A stretch of 64,000 nucleotides of DNA from Dehalococcoidia bacterium (lineage in GTDB: Bacteria; Chloroflexota; Dehalococcoidia; Lucifugimonadales; Australimonadaceae). The notes beneath the pieces were generated by a model, which saw only the letters and a list, made by a program, of their open reading frames with translations, had not been told where the DNA came from and did not search any database. The stretch is from contig CAUZFB010000001.1 of the NCBI GenBank assembly GCA_963579135.1, positions 51,548 through 115,547 on the forward strand, in the 5' to 3' direction. Positions 18,144 through 27,967 of the stretch are shown here, piece by piece. A program made the translations under genes and the position numbers. Within the stretch, counting starts at the first letter, position 1. Each line of letters starts with the position of its first letter.

Positions 18144-19826
18144 ATGAGCAAATCGTCAGATGGAGTCCCACACGAAGCGGAGGGCACCCCTCACCGGGTT
18201 CTTCCTCCCGGACGGCGTGAGCCGGATGGAGATGGACCGGTGCCGTTGAGTCCAGCGCTTTCGCAGGCGATGCCGCGACGCGGTTTCTTGTTCCGTGCGG
18301 CGGCGGTCGGTATGACGGCGGTAGCTGCGCCATCGCTGTTGGCGGCGTGTGAGCAGATGGACGCGCCAACACTAGCGCCAACCGCTACGCCGTTCCCGAC
18401 ACCGACCCCGTTCGACGCAAGCGCGGTTACGCCGACGCCGCCTTTGGTTCCGACAGCAACAGTGACGGCGCCTCCGGTCCCAGCACCGACTGCTACACCC
18501 GGACCAGTGCTGAAGACGGAGGCATCTCGCGTGAGCCATCTGCTACGCCGAGCGAGCTTCGGGGCGTCGAAGAATGAGTTGGCGCGGTTCCGCAGCATGG
18601 GTCTACAGGGGACGATTGATCACTTGGCGGATTTCGATGGCGTGGATGACGGGGAGCTCGAAGAGCGCTTGGCGGGGCAGGACACGGACATCGAGCGTAG
18701 GGTGGATGTCCAATCGTGGTGGCTGCAGAGGATGGCGTACTCCAAGCGGCCGCTGCAGGAGAAGATGACGCTATTCTGGCACGGGATCCTGACGAGCTCG
18801 TCGTCGAAAACGGGGAAGAGCCCGGCAATGTTCGAGCAGAACGAATTATTCAGACGGATGGGGATGGGTCGCTACGACGCGATGCTGAAGGCGATCTCGC
18901 GAGACCCGGCGATGCTAATCTACCTGGACAGTCGAACGAACCGCAAGGCAGCACCCAACGAGAACTACTCGCGCGAGCTGATGGAGCTATTCACGCTAGG
19001 GGTCGGGCAGTACACGGAGGACGACGTTCGGGAGGCGGCGCGGTCGTTCACCGGTTGGCAAATCCGCAAGAAGACGGAGTTTCTGTTCAACGAGAGTCAG
19101 CACGATTTCGGAGATAAGACGTTCTTGGGTCAGACAGGGGCGTGGGATGGCGACAATGTGGTGGACATCATCATGCAGCAGCCCGCAGCAGGTGAGTACA
19201 TCGTGCGGCGTTTGTGGGAGTTCTTCGCGTACGCGGACCCCGAACCGGCGGTGATTACGCGGCTGGCGAAGGTATTCAACGAAAACGAGACGGAGATCCG
19301 GCCGGTGATGCGGGCGATGTTCGAATCTGAGGAGTTCTATTCGCCGAGGGCGTTCAAAGGCCTGATCAAGGGACCCGTGGAGCTAGTGGCTTCGACGGTG
19401 CGCACGCTGGGTATCAACACGACGTTCGCGCCGCTGCGCCGGCGCATTGAGGCGATGGGTCAAATACTACTGGACCCGCCGGACGTTTCGGGTTGGGACG
19501 GGGGAATCACGTGGATCAACAGTTCCACGCTGCTCGAACGAGTGAACCTTGCGAATGCGATCGCAGCGGGCCGATTGAGACAGCTGGAGTTCGATCCAGT
19601 GGCGCTGGCGGGCGATGCAGCTAAAACGTCTGAGACGCTGGTCGACTTTCTGGTCGATCTGCTGTTGGGCGGCGAAATCGCAGACGACACTCGCGCTGCG
19701 CTGCTAAAGCACGCCGAGGACCTGCGTGTACCGTCAGCGTTCTCTGGGCGTTCGGTGCCTGCTGACGAACGACAGCGGAGCCTGGTTTACCTAATCCTGG
19801 CTTCGCCAGACTACCAGTTGGCTTGA
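18144..19826 (+). CDS. DUF1800 family protein, Tat-signal lipoprotein
   Basis: RRGFLFRAAAVGMTAVAAPSLLAAC (twin-arginine plus lipobox), a T/P-rich linker, then the DUF1800-like core (SHLLRRASFG...MTLFWHGILTSS...NENYSRELMELFTLG). Confidence 0.8.
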   Translation: MSKSSDGVPHEAEGTPHRVLPPGRREPDGDGPVPLSPALSQAMPRRGFLFRAAAVGMTAVAAPSLLAACEQMDAPTLAPTATPFPTPTPFDASAVTPTPPLVPTATVTAPPVPAPTATPGPVLKTEASRVSHLLRRASFGASKNELARFRSMGLQGTIDHLADFDGVDDGELEERLAGQDTDIERRVDVQSWWLQRMAYSKRPLQEKMTLFWHGILTSSSSKTGKSPAMFEQNELFRRMGMGRYDAMLKAISRDPAMLIYLDSRTNRKAAPNENYSRELMELFTLGVGQYTEDDVREAARSFTGWQIRKKTEFLFNESQHDFGDKTFLGQTGAWDGDNVVDIIMQQPAAGEYIVRRLWEFFAYADPEPAVITRLAKVFNENETEIRPVMRAMFESEEFYSPRAFKGLIKGPVELVASTVRTLGINTTFAPLRRRIEAMGQILLDPPDVSGWDGGITWINSSTLLERVNLANAIAAGRLRQLEFDPVALAGDAAKTSETLVDFLVDLLLGGEIADDTRAALLKHAEDLRVPSAFSGRSVPADERQRSLVYLILASPDYQLA

Positions 19827-19834
19827 GGCGATCA

Positions 19835-21103
19835 ATGACCATCACTCGAAGGCAGTTCATCAAGTCGAGTTTAGCAGTGGCCCCTGCGGCCGCGCTAATG
19901 CCGACGGTTTTTACGCGGGCCGTGGCGGCTGCGATCAGCGAGCAGGCATCGCAGGGTAAGCGGGCGCTGGTGATTGTTCAGATGGCGGGCGGCAACGATG
20001 GATTGAACACCATCGTGCCCGCGAACGACGATCGTTACTACGAGGTACGGCCGACGGTGAACGTGCAACCGGAGGACACGCTAGCCATCAACCGTGAGGT
20101 GGGTTTCAATCCAGGGCTGGGCGCGTTCAAAGAACTGTGGAACGAGGGCGTTCTAGCCGCAGTGGAGGGCGTGGGATATCCAGGCCCAAGCTATTCGCAC
20201 TTCCAGTCGATGGATATCTGGCAGACGGCGGACCCTGAGAAGAGCGGAGGGTTCGAAGGCTGGGCGGGGAGGTACTTGGAAGGCGTGCCACAGGGGCCAG
20301 GCGACGGGATTCGATCGTTGGCGGTTGGCCGTAGCCTGCCGAGGGCCATGTTCACGCACAAAATGTCGGTGCCCATGGTGAACACGATTGAGGCGTATCA
20401 GTTCCAGGATCACCGGGGTGCCGTGGCGGACCAGGAACAGCGCACGCGTGCGCTGCTTGGTTTGTACCGAGCAGGGACGCCGGCGCGGCCATTCGGTGGA
20501 CACATGGACAGTACGATGCGTGCCGCCGAGAGCAGCTCGAAGGCGCTCATGGGCGCTCATGGGCGCTACAGATCAGCAGCGAAATACCCGGATACACGGT
20601 TGGGCAGGAGTATGAAGGTCGTCGCCGAGGCGGTTACAGGTGACTTGGGCCTAAGCGTGGCGCATGTGAAAATCGGTGGGTTCGATACGCACGCGTCGCA
20701 GCTTCCCGTACATGGCGATCTGCTTCGAGATACGGCGGACTCGATGCTGGCGTTCTACCGCGACATGCAGGCGCAGGGACGAGACCAGGAGGTGGTGCTG
20801 ATGACGTGGTCGGAGTTCGGGAGGCGCGTGACGGAGAATGGGAGTGGTGGTACGGACCACGGGTCGGCAGGGCCGATGTTCGTGCTAGGCACGCCGGTGA
20901 CGGGTGGGCTTTACGGGGAGCGCCCAAGCCTGACGGGCCTGGTGAAGAACAACTTCAAGTACACGACGGACTTCAGGCAGGTGTACGCGACGATGGTCGA
21001 GGGATGGCTTGGTGCGCCAGCGGAGGCCGTGCTCGGCGGGCGGTTCGAGCAAATCCCGCTGTTGCGGCGCGCGCCGGCAACCGCCAAGAGCGAGAACCGC
21101 TAG
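19835..21103 (+). CDS. DUF1501 family protein (sulfatase/phosphatase-like fold), Tat signal
   Basis: MTITRRQFIKSSLAVAPAAA, ..VIVQMAGGNDGLN.., ..GGFDTHA.., ..GTDHG.. The usual partner of DUF1800. Confidence 0.85.
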   Translation: MTITRRQFIKSSLAVAPAAALMPTVFTRAVAAAISEQASQGKRALVIVQMAGGNDGLNTIVPANDDRYYEVRPTVNVQPEDTLAINREVGFNPGLGAFKELWNEGVLAAVEGVGYPGPSYSHFQSMDIWQTADPEKSGGFEGWAGRYLEGVPQGPGDGIRSLAVGRSLPRAMFTHKMSVPMVNTIEAYQFQDHRGAVADQEQRTRALLGLYRAGTPARPFGGHMDSTMRAAESSSKALMGAHGRYRSAAKYPDTRLGRSMKVVAEAVTGDLGLSVAHVKIGGFDTHASQLPVHGDLLRDTADSMLAFYRDMQAQGRDQEVVLMTWSEFGRRVTENGSGGTDHGSAGPMFVLGTPVTGGLYGERPSLTGLVKNNFKYTTDFRQVYATMVEGWLGAPAEAVLGGRFEQIPLLRRAPATAKSENR

Positions 21104-21133
21104 TCAGCGGCCACCCGTAGGAACAACCGCTAG

Positions 21134-23002
21134 CTAGCGGGGGGACTCTTCTTCTGCGGCGCTTTCGTTTCCGGGCTCAGACTCCGCCTCATCGTCGTCG
21201 TCGTCCTCTAACTCAGCAGAAAGCTCATCGTCTCCAGGTTCGTCGTCCGCGTCGTCTTCGGCACCGTCCGGCTCATCGCTTTCTGCAGCTTCTGAGTCGT
21301 CAGGAGCATCATCAGTATCTTCGGTCTCGGGAGCCTCAGGCTCGTCGGCGGGCGCGTCGTCTTCGTCGACGGGGCCACCACGGTGGGGGTCGCCGTACAT
21401 GGCGAGGTTGATCGCCTCAAGTTTGTCGGAGCCTACGTGCTTGCGGATGGCGTCGAAGAACTCCATGTCCCACTCGCCAACGAAAGTTACGGCAGTGCCG
21501 TCGCGGCCCATGCGGGCGGTGCGGCCGATGCGGTGGACGTACTCTTCGACCTGCTCCGGGCAGTCGTAGTTGATGACGTGGGCAACGGCGGGAACGTCGA
21601 TGCCACGAGAGGTGAGGTTGGTGGAGACCAGGATTTTTAGCTTACCATCGCGGAAGGCCTGCATGACAGTGTTCCGTTCGCTCTGGCGCAATCCACCGTG
21701 GATGGCTTCCGCGGGAAGGCGACGTTGCTTGAGCATTTTCACCAGCCAGTCAACGTCACCCTGGGTACGGCGGAAGACGAGGGTCTGCTCACCGGCGTCG
21801 ATGGTCTCGAAGACCTCTTTAAGGGCGTCGAGCTTGTCGCGGCGGGCCACCTCGCAGTACATCTGGCGGACGTTCTCAGCAGGCTCGGATTCCTCGCCCA
21901 CGCGAATCGTCTTGGGCTCCTTGAGATAGGAGTAGATGAGGCGCCGAATCTGGGTTGGGACAGTGGCGGTGAAGAGCGCGGTCTGGCGATCGCGTGAGGT
22001 CTGTCGAAGGATGGTCCGGATGTCGGGAAGGAACCCGATGTCCAGCATCTGATCGGCCTCGTCGAGGATGACGGTGCTGGCCTTGTCGAGCCGCAGGTTG
22101 CCTCGATTGAGCAGATCGATTACGCGACCGGGAGTGCCAACGATCAAGTGAGCGTTGGCTTCGAGGCCGGCGATCTGCTTGGCTATGGGTGCGCCGCCGT
22201 ACACGGCGACGATGTTGATGCCACGGTACTTGAAGATGCGGGCTATCTCATCGGTGACCTGCTGGGCCAATTCGCGGGTTGGCACGAGAACGATGGCTTG
22301 GATGTAATCCTGGGAACCGTCAATGGCCTCTGCGAGGGGGATACCGAACCCGGCGGTCTTGCCAGTGCCGGTTTGCGCTTGGCCGACGAGGTCTTCGCCA
22401 GCGAGCATAGGCACGATGACTTCGGCCTGGATGGGCGTGGGTTCTGTGTATCCCATATCGGCAAGGGCGGCTGCGACGGGCTTTGATACGCGAAGGTCGC
22501 CGAAGTATTCGGTGCGGGGCTGCGGGCCGGTGACGGCCTCTACGGATTGGTTGCGAGCCCGTGAACGCGGTTGCTGGGGGGCGCGGGGTTCGTCATCGTG
22601 CGTTGGACGCGGTTCATCGTCGGAAGAACGTTCGCTTTGAGGCTCCGCACCCACAGAGGATTGAGATTGGGTTTCGGGGCTCGCCGGCCCATTGGGATTG
22701 GTACCGGTGGGCTTGCGACGGCGCCTGCGCCGCTTCTTGGGGGCGTCCCCATCGGCTGGCGTCTGCTGCGCGGCTTGGCGGTCTCCCTGCGGGCGTTCGC
22801 CTTGGGGACGCTCCTGACGCTGGTCGCCCTGCTGTCGCTCGCCCGCAGGCTTGCGGGGACGGCGACGACGAGTAGCGCTACGCCGTTCATCAGCGGAAGA
22901 CGGGCTGTCGAGCTTTCGGGGGGCCGGCTGGGGGGCTGCGGACGGGGACTTGGAAAAGAGGGAACGAATCTTCTTAAACATCGGGGTTGATTGTACCACC
23001 AA
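21134..23002 (-). CDS. DEAD-box ATP-dependent RNA helicase with long charged N- and C-terminal tails
   Basis: Q motif, AQTGTGKT, DEAD, SAT and HRIGRTAR motifs. A roughly 170-aa R/Q/P/E-rich N-terminus and a roughly 90-aa D/E-rich C-terminus. Confidence 0.9.
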   Translation of the reverse strand: MVVQSTPMFKKIRSLFSKSPSAAPQPAPRKLDSPSSADERRSATRRRRPRKPAGERQQGDQRQERPQGERPQGDRQAAQQTPADGDAPKKRRRRRRKPTGTNPNGPASPETQSQSSVGAEPQSERSSDDEPRPTHDDEPRAPQQPRSRARNQSVEAVTGPQPRTEYFGDLRVSKPVAAALADMGYTEPTPIQAEVIVPMLAGEDLVGQAQTGTGKTAGFGIPLAEAIDGSQDYIQAIVLVPTRELAQQVTDEIARIFKYRGINIVAVYGGAPIAKQIAGLEANAHLIVGTPGRVIDLLNRGNLRLDKASTVILDEADQMLDIGFLPDIRTILRQTSRDRQTALFTATVPTQIRRLIYSYLKEPKTIRVGEESEPAENVRQMYCEVARRDKLDALKEVFETIDAGEQTLVFRRTQGDVDWLVKMLKQRRLPAEAIHGGLRQSERNTVMQAFRDGKLKILVSTNLTSRGIDVPAVAHVINYDCPEQVEEYVHRIGRTARMGRDGTAVTFVGEWDMEFFDAIRKHVGSDKLEAINLAMYGDPHRGGPVDEDDAPADEPEAPETEDTDDAPDDSEAAESDEPDGAEDDADDEPGDDELSAELEDDDDDEAESEPGNESAAEEESPR

Positions 23003-23106
23003 GGTGACGGATAGTCCGAAGTAGGGTCGGATGGATGGCAGCGGGTTAGCGCTGTTGCGTTCGGGCGCGAGGAGCCAGATGTGCTGGTGTAAGGAGCGGT
23101 GGAATC

Positions 23107-23919
23107 ATGAGCGAGCAGGACCTTAGGTCAACTGTCCGAACGGCATACGCGAAGATCGCACTGGAATCTGCAGATGCGTGCTGCGTATCGGGGGAGACGC
23201 CCGGGAGCACAGCGTTGGTAATCGGTTACACGGAGGAACAGCTCGCGGCGTTGCCGGAGGGGGCGAATCTGGGCTTAGGCTGCGGGAATCCGCTGGCGCT
23301 GGCGTCGATCCGCGAGGGCGATACGGTCTTAGACCTGGGCTCTGGCGCGGGCATCGATTGTTTCTTGGCGGCGCATGGGGCGGGAGCGACGGGTCACGTC
23401 ATCGGCGTGGATATGACGATGGAGATGCTGGATAGGGCGAATCACAATAAGGCGGCGGTCGGCGCGACGAACGTTGAGTTCCGGTACGGCGAGCTTGAGG
23501 CATTACCGGTAGACGATAGCTCTGTGGACCTGGTGATCTCGAACTGCGTAATCAACTTGGTACCGGATAGAGATCAGGTGTACCGAGAGGTGATGCGAGT
23601 GCTAAAGCCCGGCGGTCGGGTCTCGGTGTCGGATACGATTCAGACGATGGCGCTCCCGCAGGCGCTCATGGAGACGGAAGCTGCGAAAGCGGCGTGCATC
23701 TCGGCGGCGGTGACGAAGGAGGTCTACCTGGCGTCGTTGACGGACGCAGGGTTCGAGGATGTGGCGATCGAGAGCGAGGTGCCCTACCCGGCCGACCTAG
23801 GTTTCGAGCAGGCGCTCTTGGAGGGGCTGCGCGATAACCAGGGGATCCCGGAAGAGATAATCAAGGCCGCTGCGCGGTCGATGGTGAGCATCGCAGTCAC
23901 AGCGACGAAGGCGGTCTAG
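23107..23919 (+). CDS. SAM-dependent methyltransferase, arsenite methyltransferase (ArsM)-like
   Basis: VLDLGSGAGID SAM motif plus conserved Cys positions (ADACC, LGCGNP, SNCVINL). Confidence 0.7.
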   Translation: MSEQDLRSTVRTAYAKIALESADACCVSGETPGSTALVIGYTEEQLAALPEGANLGLGCGNPLALASIREGDTVLDLGSGAGIDCFLAAHGAGATGHVIGVDMTMEMLDRANHNKAAVGATNVEFRYGELEALPVDDSSVDLVISNCVINLVPDRDQVYREVMRVLKPGGRVSVSDTIQTMALPQALMETEAAKAACISAAVTKEVYLASLTDAGFEDVAIESEVPYPADLGFEQALLEGLRDNQGIPEEIIKAAARSMVSIAVTATKAV

Positions 23920-24180
23920 GCATCTGGGCCACTGTGGGGCCGAGGGCTGACGCTCAGCGGTGGCGGACGTTCAGGGGAAGACGTAAGCCCTTGAAACAAA
24001 GTCCTCGATACAGCCGAGCGAGGTCCTCTCCTAGATATGATCGTTGTCGAGAGACACCAGGGCCCACAGGATGACCCGTAACGTTCGCGGAACTAATCCG
24101 CCCGTATTTCATTATCGCAGATTGTCAATGAGCCGAATCAAGGGTATATGCCATAGGAACTCCAACACCTGGTCGCATGA

Positions 24181-25332
24181 TCACTCGTTCCTGTCCATGG
24201 CGTCGGCGACGAGTTGGACCTCTTCCATCAGGGCGGTGAGCATGTCGGCTTCGTCGACAACGCGTGCTTTGACTCCCTTGCGGAAGATGACGGCGCGACC
24301 GTTGCCTGCGGCGAGGCCGACGTCGGCGTCTTTGGCTTCGCCAGGGCCGTTGACTTCGCAACCCATGACGGCGACTTTGACGGGGGCATTCATGGTGCGC
24401 AGGAGCTCGTCAACGGTGTTGGCGAGCTTACGGATGTCGACGTCCGCGCGCCCGCATGATGGGCAGGCGACCATTTTGACGCCTTTTTTGCGGAGATCGA
24501 GCGCTTTGAGGATCTCGTAGCCGACCTCAATCTCCTGCTTGGAGTCGTCGGAGAGGGACACGCGGATGGTGTCGCCAATGCCTTCGTAGAGCAGGATGCC
24601 CAGGCCGATGGCGCTGCGGAGCGAACCGGTGCGGCTGGTACCGGCTTCGGTGATGCCGAGGTGGAATGGGTAAGGGACCATGGGTGCCAGCTTGCGGTAG
24701 GCCTCTACAGTGGTGTCGATGTCATAGGCCTTGAGGGAGATCTTGATGAGGTCGAAGTCGAGGTCTTCGAGGAGTTTGATCTCCCAGAGACCGGTAGCGA
24801 CCATGTGGTCGACGACGGAGATGCCCGCGCCCTCGCCTGCTGCGTCGGAGCCTTTGATGAGCTGGTTAACGCCGTCGACGCTCCGGTGCTGTCCGCGGGT
24901 GACACCGATGGCACCGACGGGGGGGAGGCTGCCGAAGTTGACGCCGATGCGGATGGGCACCTGGCGAACTTTGGCCTCGGACACGATTTGGGTAACGCGA
25001 TCGGCGTCGCGAATGTTGCCGGGGTTGAGCCGCAGGCAATCGACACCCTGATAGAGGGATTCGAGAGCCAACTGATAGTGGAAGTGGATGTCAGCGACCA
25101 ACGGGATATTGATCTGGCGCTTGATCTCACCGAGGGCCTTGGCGGCTTCCATGTCGGGGACGGCACAACGGATAATCTCGCAGCCGGCCGCTTCAAGCTC
25201 ATGGATCTGACGCACAGTGGCTGCGACATCACGGGTGTCGGTCTTGGTCATGGTCTGGACGGTGATGGGGGCATCACCACCCACCTGCACACCGCCAACG
25301 AAGATGGGCTTGGTAACGCGGCGCTTAGCCAT
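24181..25332 (-). CDS. ispG: 4-hydroxy-3-methylbut-2-enyl diphosphate synthase
   Basis: VQVGGDAPITVQTMT..., CPSCGR, GCEVNGPGE. Confidence 0.95.
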   Translation of the reverse strand: MAKRRVTKPIFVGGVQVGGDAPITVQTMTKTDTRDVAATVRQIHELEAAGCEIIRCAVPDMEAAKALGEIKRQINIPLVADIHFHYQLALESLYQGVDCLRLNPGNIRDADRVTQIVSEAKVRQVPIRIGVNFGSLPPVGAIGVTRGQHRSVDGVNQLIKGSDAAGEGAGISVVDHMVATGLWEIKLLEDLDFDLIKISLKAYDIDTTVEAYRKLAPMVPYPFHLGITEAGTSRTGSLRSAIGLGILLYEGIGDTIRVSLSDDSKQEIEVGYEILKALDLRKKGVKMVACPSCGRADVDIRKLANTVDELLRTMNAPVKVAVMGCEVNGPGEAKDADVGLAAGNGRAVIFRKGVKARVVDEADMLTALMEEVQLVADAMDRNE

Positions 25333-25365
25333 ATCAGATCCACCAATCTAGCTTGAAAGGCCGGC

Positions 25366-26733
25366 CTAGCGGAAGAAACTTCCTCCGCTGAGCAGCCGTT
25401 GAATGTCGTTCGCGGTGACGAGGACGATGGCGAACAAGAGCATGCCAAAGCCCACCAAGTGCACCAGCCGCTCCTTTTCGGGAGCAATCCGCCGTCCACC
25501 GCGGGCCAATTCTAGCAAGACGAACGTGATGCGCCCACCATCGAGGGCGGGCAGTGGGAGGATGTTGACGATGGCGAGGTTGATGGACAGAAGCGCCGCC
25601 CAGGTCACGAGGGGGGCGAGGCCCGCCTCGACAACTTCGCCGGTGATCTGGGCGATGCCGAGAGGACCCGCTAGCTCCAGGCCAGCTCCGCCAGAGATGA
25701 TCCTGCCGATCTCGTTGCGGAAGGTGACGAGGATGTCGCCAAGCTGACTGAAGGCGCCAGGCACGGCGTCGAAGAGATTGTCGGACTGAGTAACCTCTGG
25801 ACGCACGTCAACGGTGTAGCCGCCGAGCTCGGCGAGGGGGGGGGCATAGGCGAGCTGCAAGTAGCTGCCGCTGCGCAACACCTCGACACGCACTGAGGAG
25901 GTGGGGTCTGTCGCAAGAGATGAAGCGATGGCGGTGGTGGCGTCGCCGTCGTCGAGGATCATGGAATCGCGGATGCGTAGGAAGAGGTCGCCAACGCGCA
26001 GGCCGAGGGCCTCGGCGGTGGAGCCAACCGCGACGCTGGCGACGGTAACGCGGGCGTTGGTGAGGGTTATGCCGGTGGCACCCTGGCCGGGCGGGGGATT
26101 GACCCGAACCTCAGGGATATGTACCTCAAGACGCGTGGCAGCACGGCGGATGATCCAGTCCATGTCAGCGCCACGGCGGGTCTGTATGGCGCCCTGAAGC
26201 GTCGTAGAATTGACGATGTCGTGGCCCTGTGCGACTTGGATGATGTCACCGACCTGGACGCCCGCAGAGGCTGCGGGGGAGTCAGGTACGACGCCGACGA
26301 CTACGACGTCGGTCTCGGTGACCTGGCGCGGAATCATGAGGGCGATGGTGAGGAGGAGGATCGGTAGCACAGCGTTCATGCCAGGGCCAGCGATGAGGAC
26401 AGCGAGCCTCTTCCAGGCGTTCTGGGCGGCGAAGCTACGAGCGTCGCCAGGGTCCTCTTCTCCCAGCATTTTAACGAAGCCACCCAGGGGGAGCCAATTG
26501 ACGGTGTACTCGGTCTCGCCACGCCAGATGCCGAAGGCTTTGGGCGGAATGCCGACGCCGAATTCGAGAACCTTGATGCCGGAGAGCTTGGCGACGGTGA
26601 AGTGGCCAAGCTCATGAAAGACGACGAGGAAGAGCAAGATGCCAATGAAGGCGACGGCCGTGACGATGAAGTCGAATCCGTTGCGGTAAACGAGGACTGC
26701 TAGGCCGGCGGTGACGGGTACGAGGTAGCGCAT
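25366..26733 (-). CDS. rseP: RIP metalloprotease RseP (M50 site-2 protease with PDZ domains)
   Basis: HELGH motif, LPLPALDGG motif, central PDZ-like segments. Confidence 0.85.
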   Translation of the reverse strand: MRYLVPVTAGLAVLVYRNGFDFIVTAVAFIGILLFLVVFHELGHFTVAKLSGIKVLEFGVGIPPKAFGIWRGETEYTVNWLPLGGFVKMLGEEDPGDARSFAAQNAWKRLAVLIAGPGMNAVLPILLLTIALMIPRQVTETDVVVVGVVPDSPAASAGVQVGDIIQVAQGHDIVNSTTLQGAIQTRRGADMDWIIRRAATRLEVHIPEVRVNPPPGQGATGITLTNARVTVASVAVGSTAEALGLRVGDLFLRIRDSMILDDGDATTAIASSLATDPTSSVRVEVLRSGSYLQLAYAPPLAELGGYTVDVRPEVTQSDNLFDAVPGAFSQLGDILVTFRNEIGRIISGGAGLELAGPLGIAQITGEVVEAGLAPLVTWAALLSINLAIVNILPLPALDGGRITFVLLELARGGRRIAPEKERLVHLVGFGMLLFAIVLVTANDIQRLLSGGSFFR

Positions 26734-26744
26734 GCTGTCAGGTA

Positions 26745-27926
26745 CTACGTCCGGACCAGAGATTCGACTTGCTCGCGCGCCCAGGCATCGGCTTCGAGGA
26801 TGGCCTCGAGGGTCGCGTCGGCAATGGGTTCGTGGCGGTCGAGGACGCCTGCGACGACGCTGGCGATGTCGTTGAATCCGATGCGACCGTCGAGAAAGAG
26901 GTGGACGGCTTCTTCGTCGGCGGCGGAGAGGACAGCGGGGTAGGTCTGGCCCTGGCGACCGGCGTCGACGGCGGTGGCGAAGCAGGGGTAGCGCTGCGGC
27001 TCCAGCTCGTGGAAGGTGAGCGCGGGGTAGGCGATGGGGTTGAAGCGAGGTATGACGGGGCTGGCGACACGCTCGGGGTAGAGCATGGCGTACTGGATAG
27101 GCAGGCGCATGTCGGGAGGGCCCATCTGCGCTTTCACGGAGCCGTCGGCGAATTCGACCATGGAATGGATGACGCTCTGGGGGTGCACGACGACGTCTAT
27201 CTGATCATAGGTGACATCGAAGAGCCAGTGGCTCTCGATGACTTCGAAGCCTTTGTTCATGAGAGTCGACGAGTCGATGGTGATCTTCTTGCCCATGACC
27301 CATGTGGGGTGTTTTAAGGCTTGGGCTGGAGTGACGGCGGCTATCTCACCGATCGGGCGGTCTTTGAAGGGACCACCGGATGCGGTGATGATGAGCTTGC
27401 GGACAGGCTGGGCCTCGCCCTGCATACATTGCCAGATGGCGGAGGGTTCGCTGTCGACGGGGAGGAGGGGCGCGTTGTGCTCACGGGCGGCGGCGGTGAC
27501 GAGATCACCAGCCATGATGACGACCTCTTTGTTGCAGAGGGCGACCTCTTTGCCAAGGCGCAACGCTTCAAGTGTGGGGCTGAGGCCCACTCGACCGGTG
27601 GTGGCGACCATGACGTGGTCGACGTCGGGCTCCTGGACCATGCGGTCCATGGAGACGACGGTGGCGGCGCCTGCGATGGCGGCGGCGGCGCTGGGATCCG
27701 CCGCCCAGACCATGCGTGGTTTGAATTCGGCGATCTGGTCGCGGAGGAGATCGAGGCGAGTGCCTGCCGCGAGGCCTACGACCCGGAACCGGTCGGGCAA
27801 CGCGCGGATGACGTCGAGTGTCTGCGTGCCGATAGAGCCGGTGGAGCCGAGGACGACAATCCCTTTCGGATGGCGGGCGGAGAGGTGCTCAGGGTCCGTC
27901 GCCGGAGGGTGGTTTTCGGAGGGCAC
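26745..27926 (-). CDS. dxr: 1-deoxy-D-xylulose 5-phosphate reductoisomerase
   Basis: VVLGSTGSIGTQTLDV, LLPVDSEPSAI, HPTWVMG. Confidence 0.95.
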   Translation of the reverse strand: MPSENHPPATDPEHLSARHPKGIVVLGSTGSIGTQTLDVIRALPDRFRVVGLAAGTRLDLLRDQIAEFKPRMVWAADPSAAAAIAGAATVVSMDRMVQEPDVDHVMVATTGRVGLSPTLEALRLGKEVALCNKEVVIMAGDLVTAAAREHNAPLLPVDSEPSAIWQCMQGEAQPVRKLIITASGGPFKDRPIGEIAAVTPAQALKHPTWVMGKKITIDSSTLMNKGFEVIESHWLFDVTYDQIDVVVHPQSVIHSMVEFADGSVKAQMGPPDMRLPIQYAMLYPERVASPVIPRFNPIAYPALTFHELEPQRYPCFATAVDAGRQGQTYPAVLSAADEEAVHLFLDGRIGFNDIASVVAGVLDRHEPIADATLEAILEADAWAREQVESLVRT

Positions 27927-27967
27927 ATGGCCTCTTAATCGCTAATGCGCAGGGAGGTCGATCAGGG

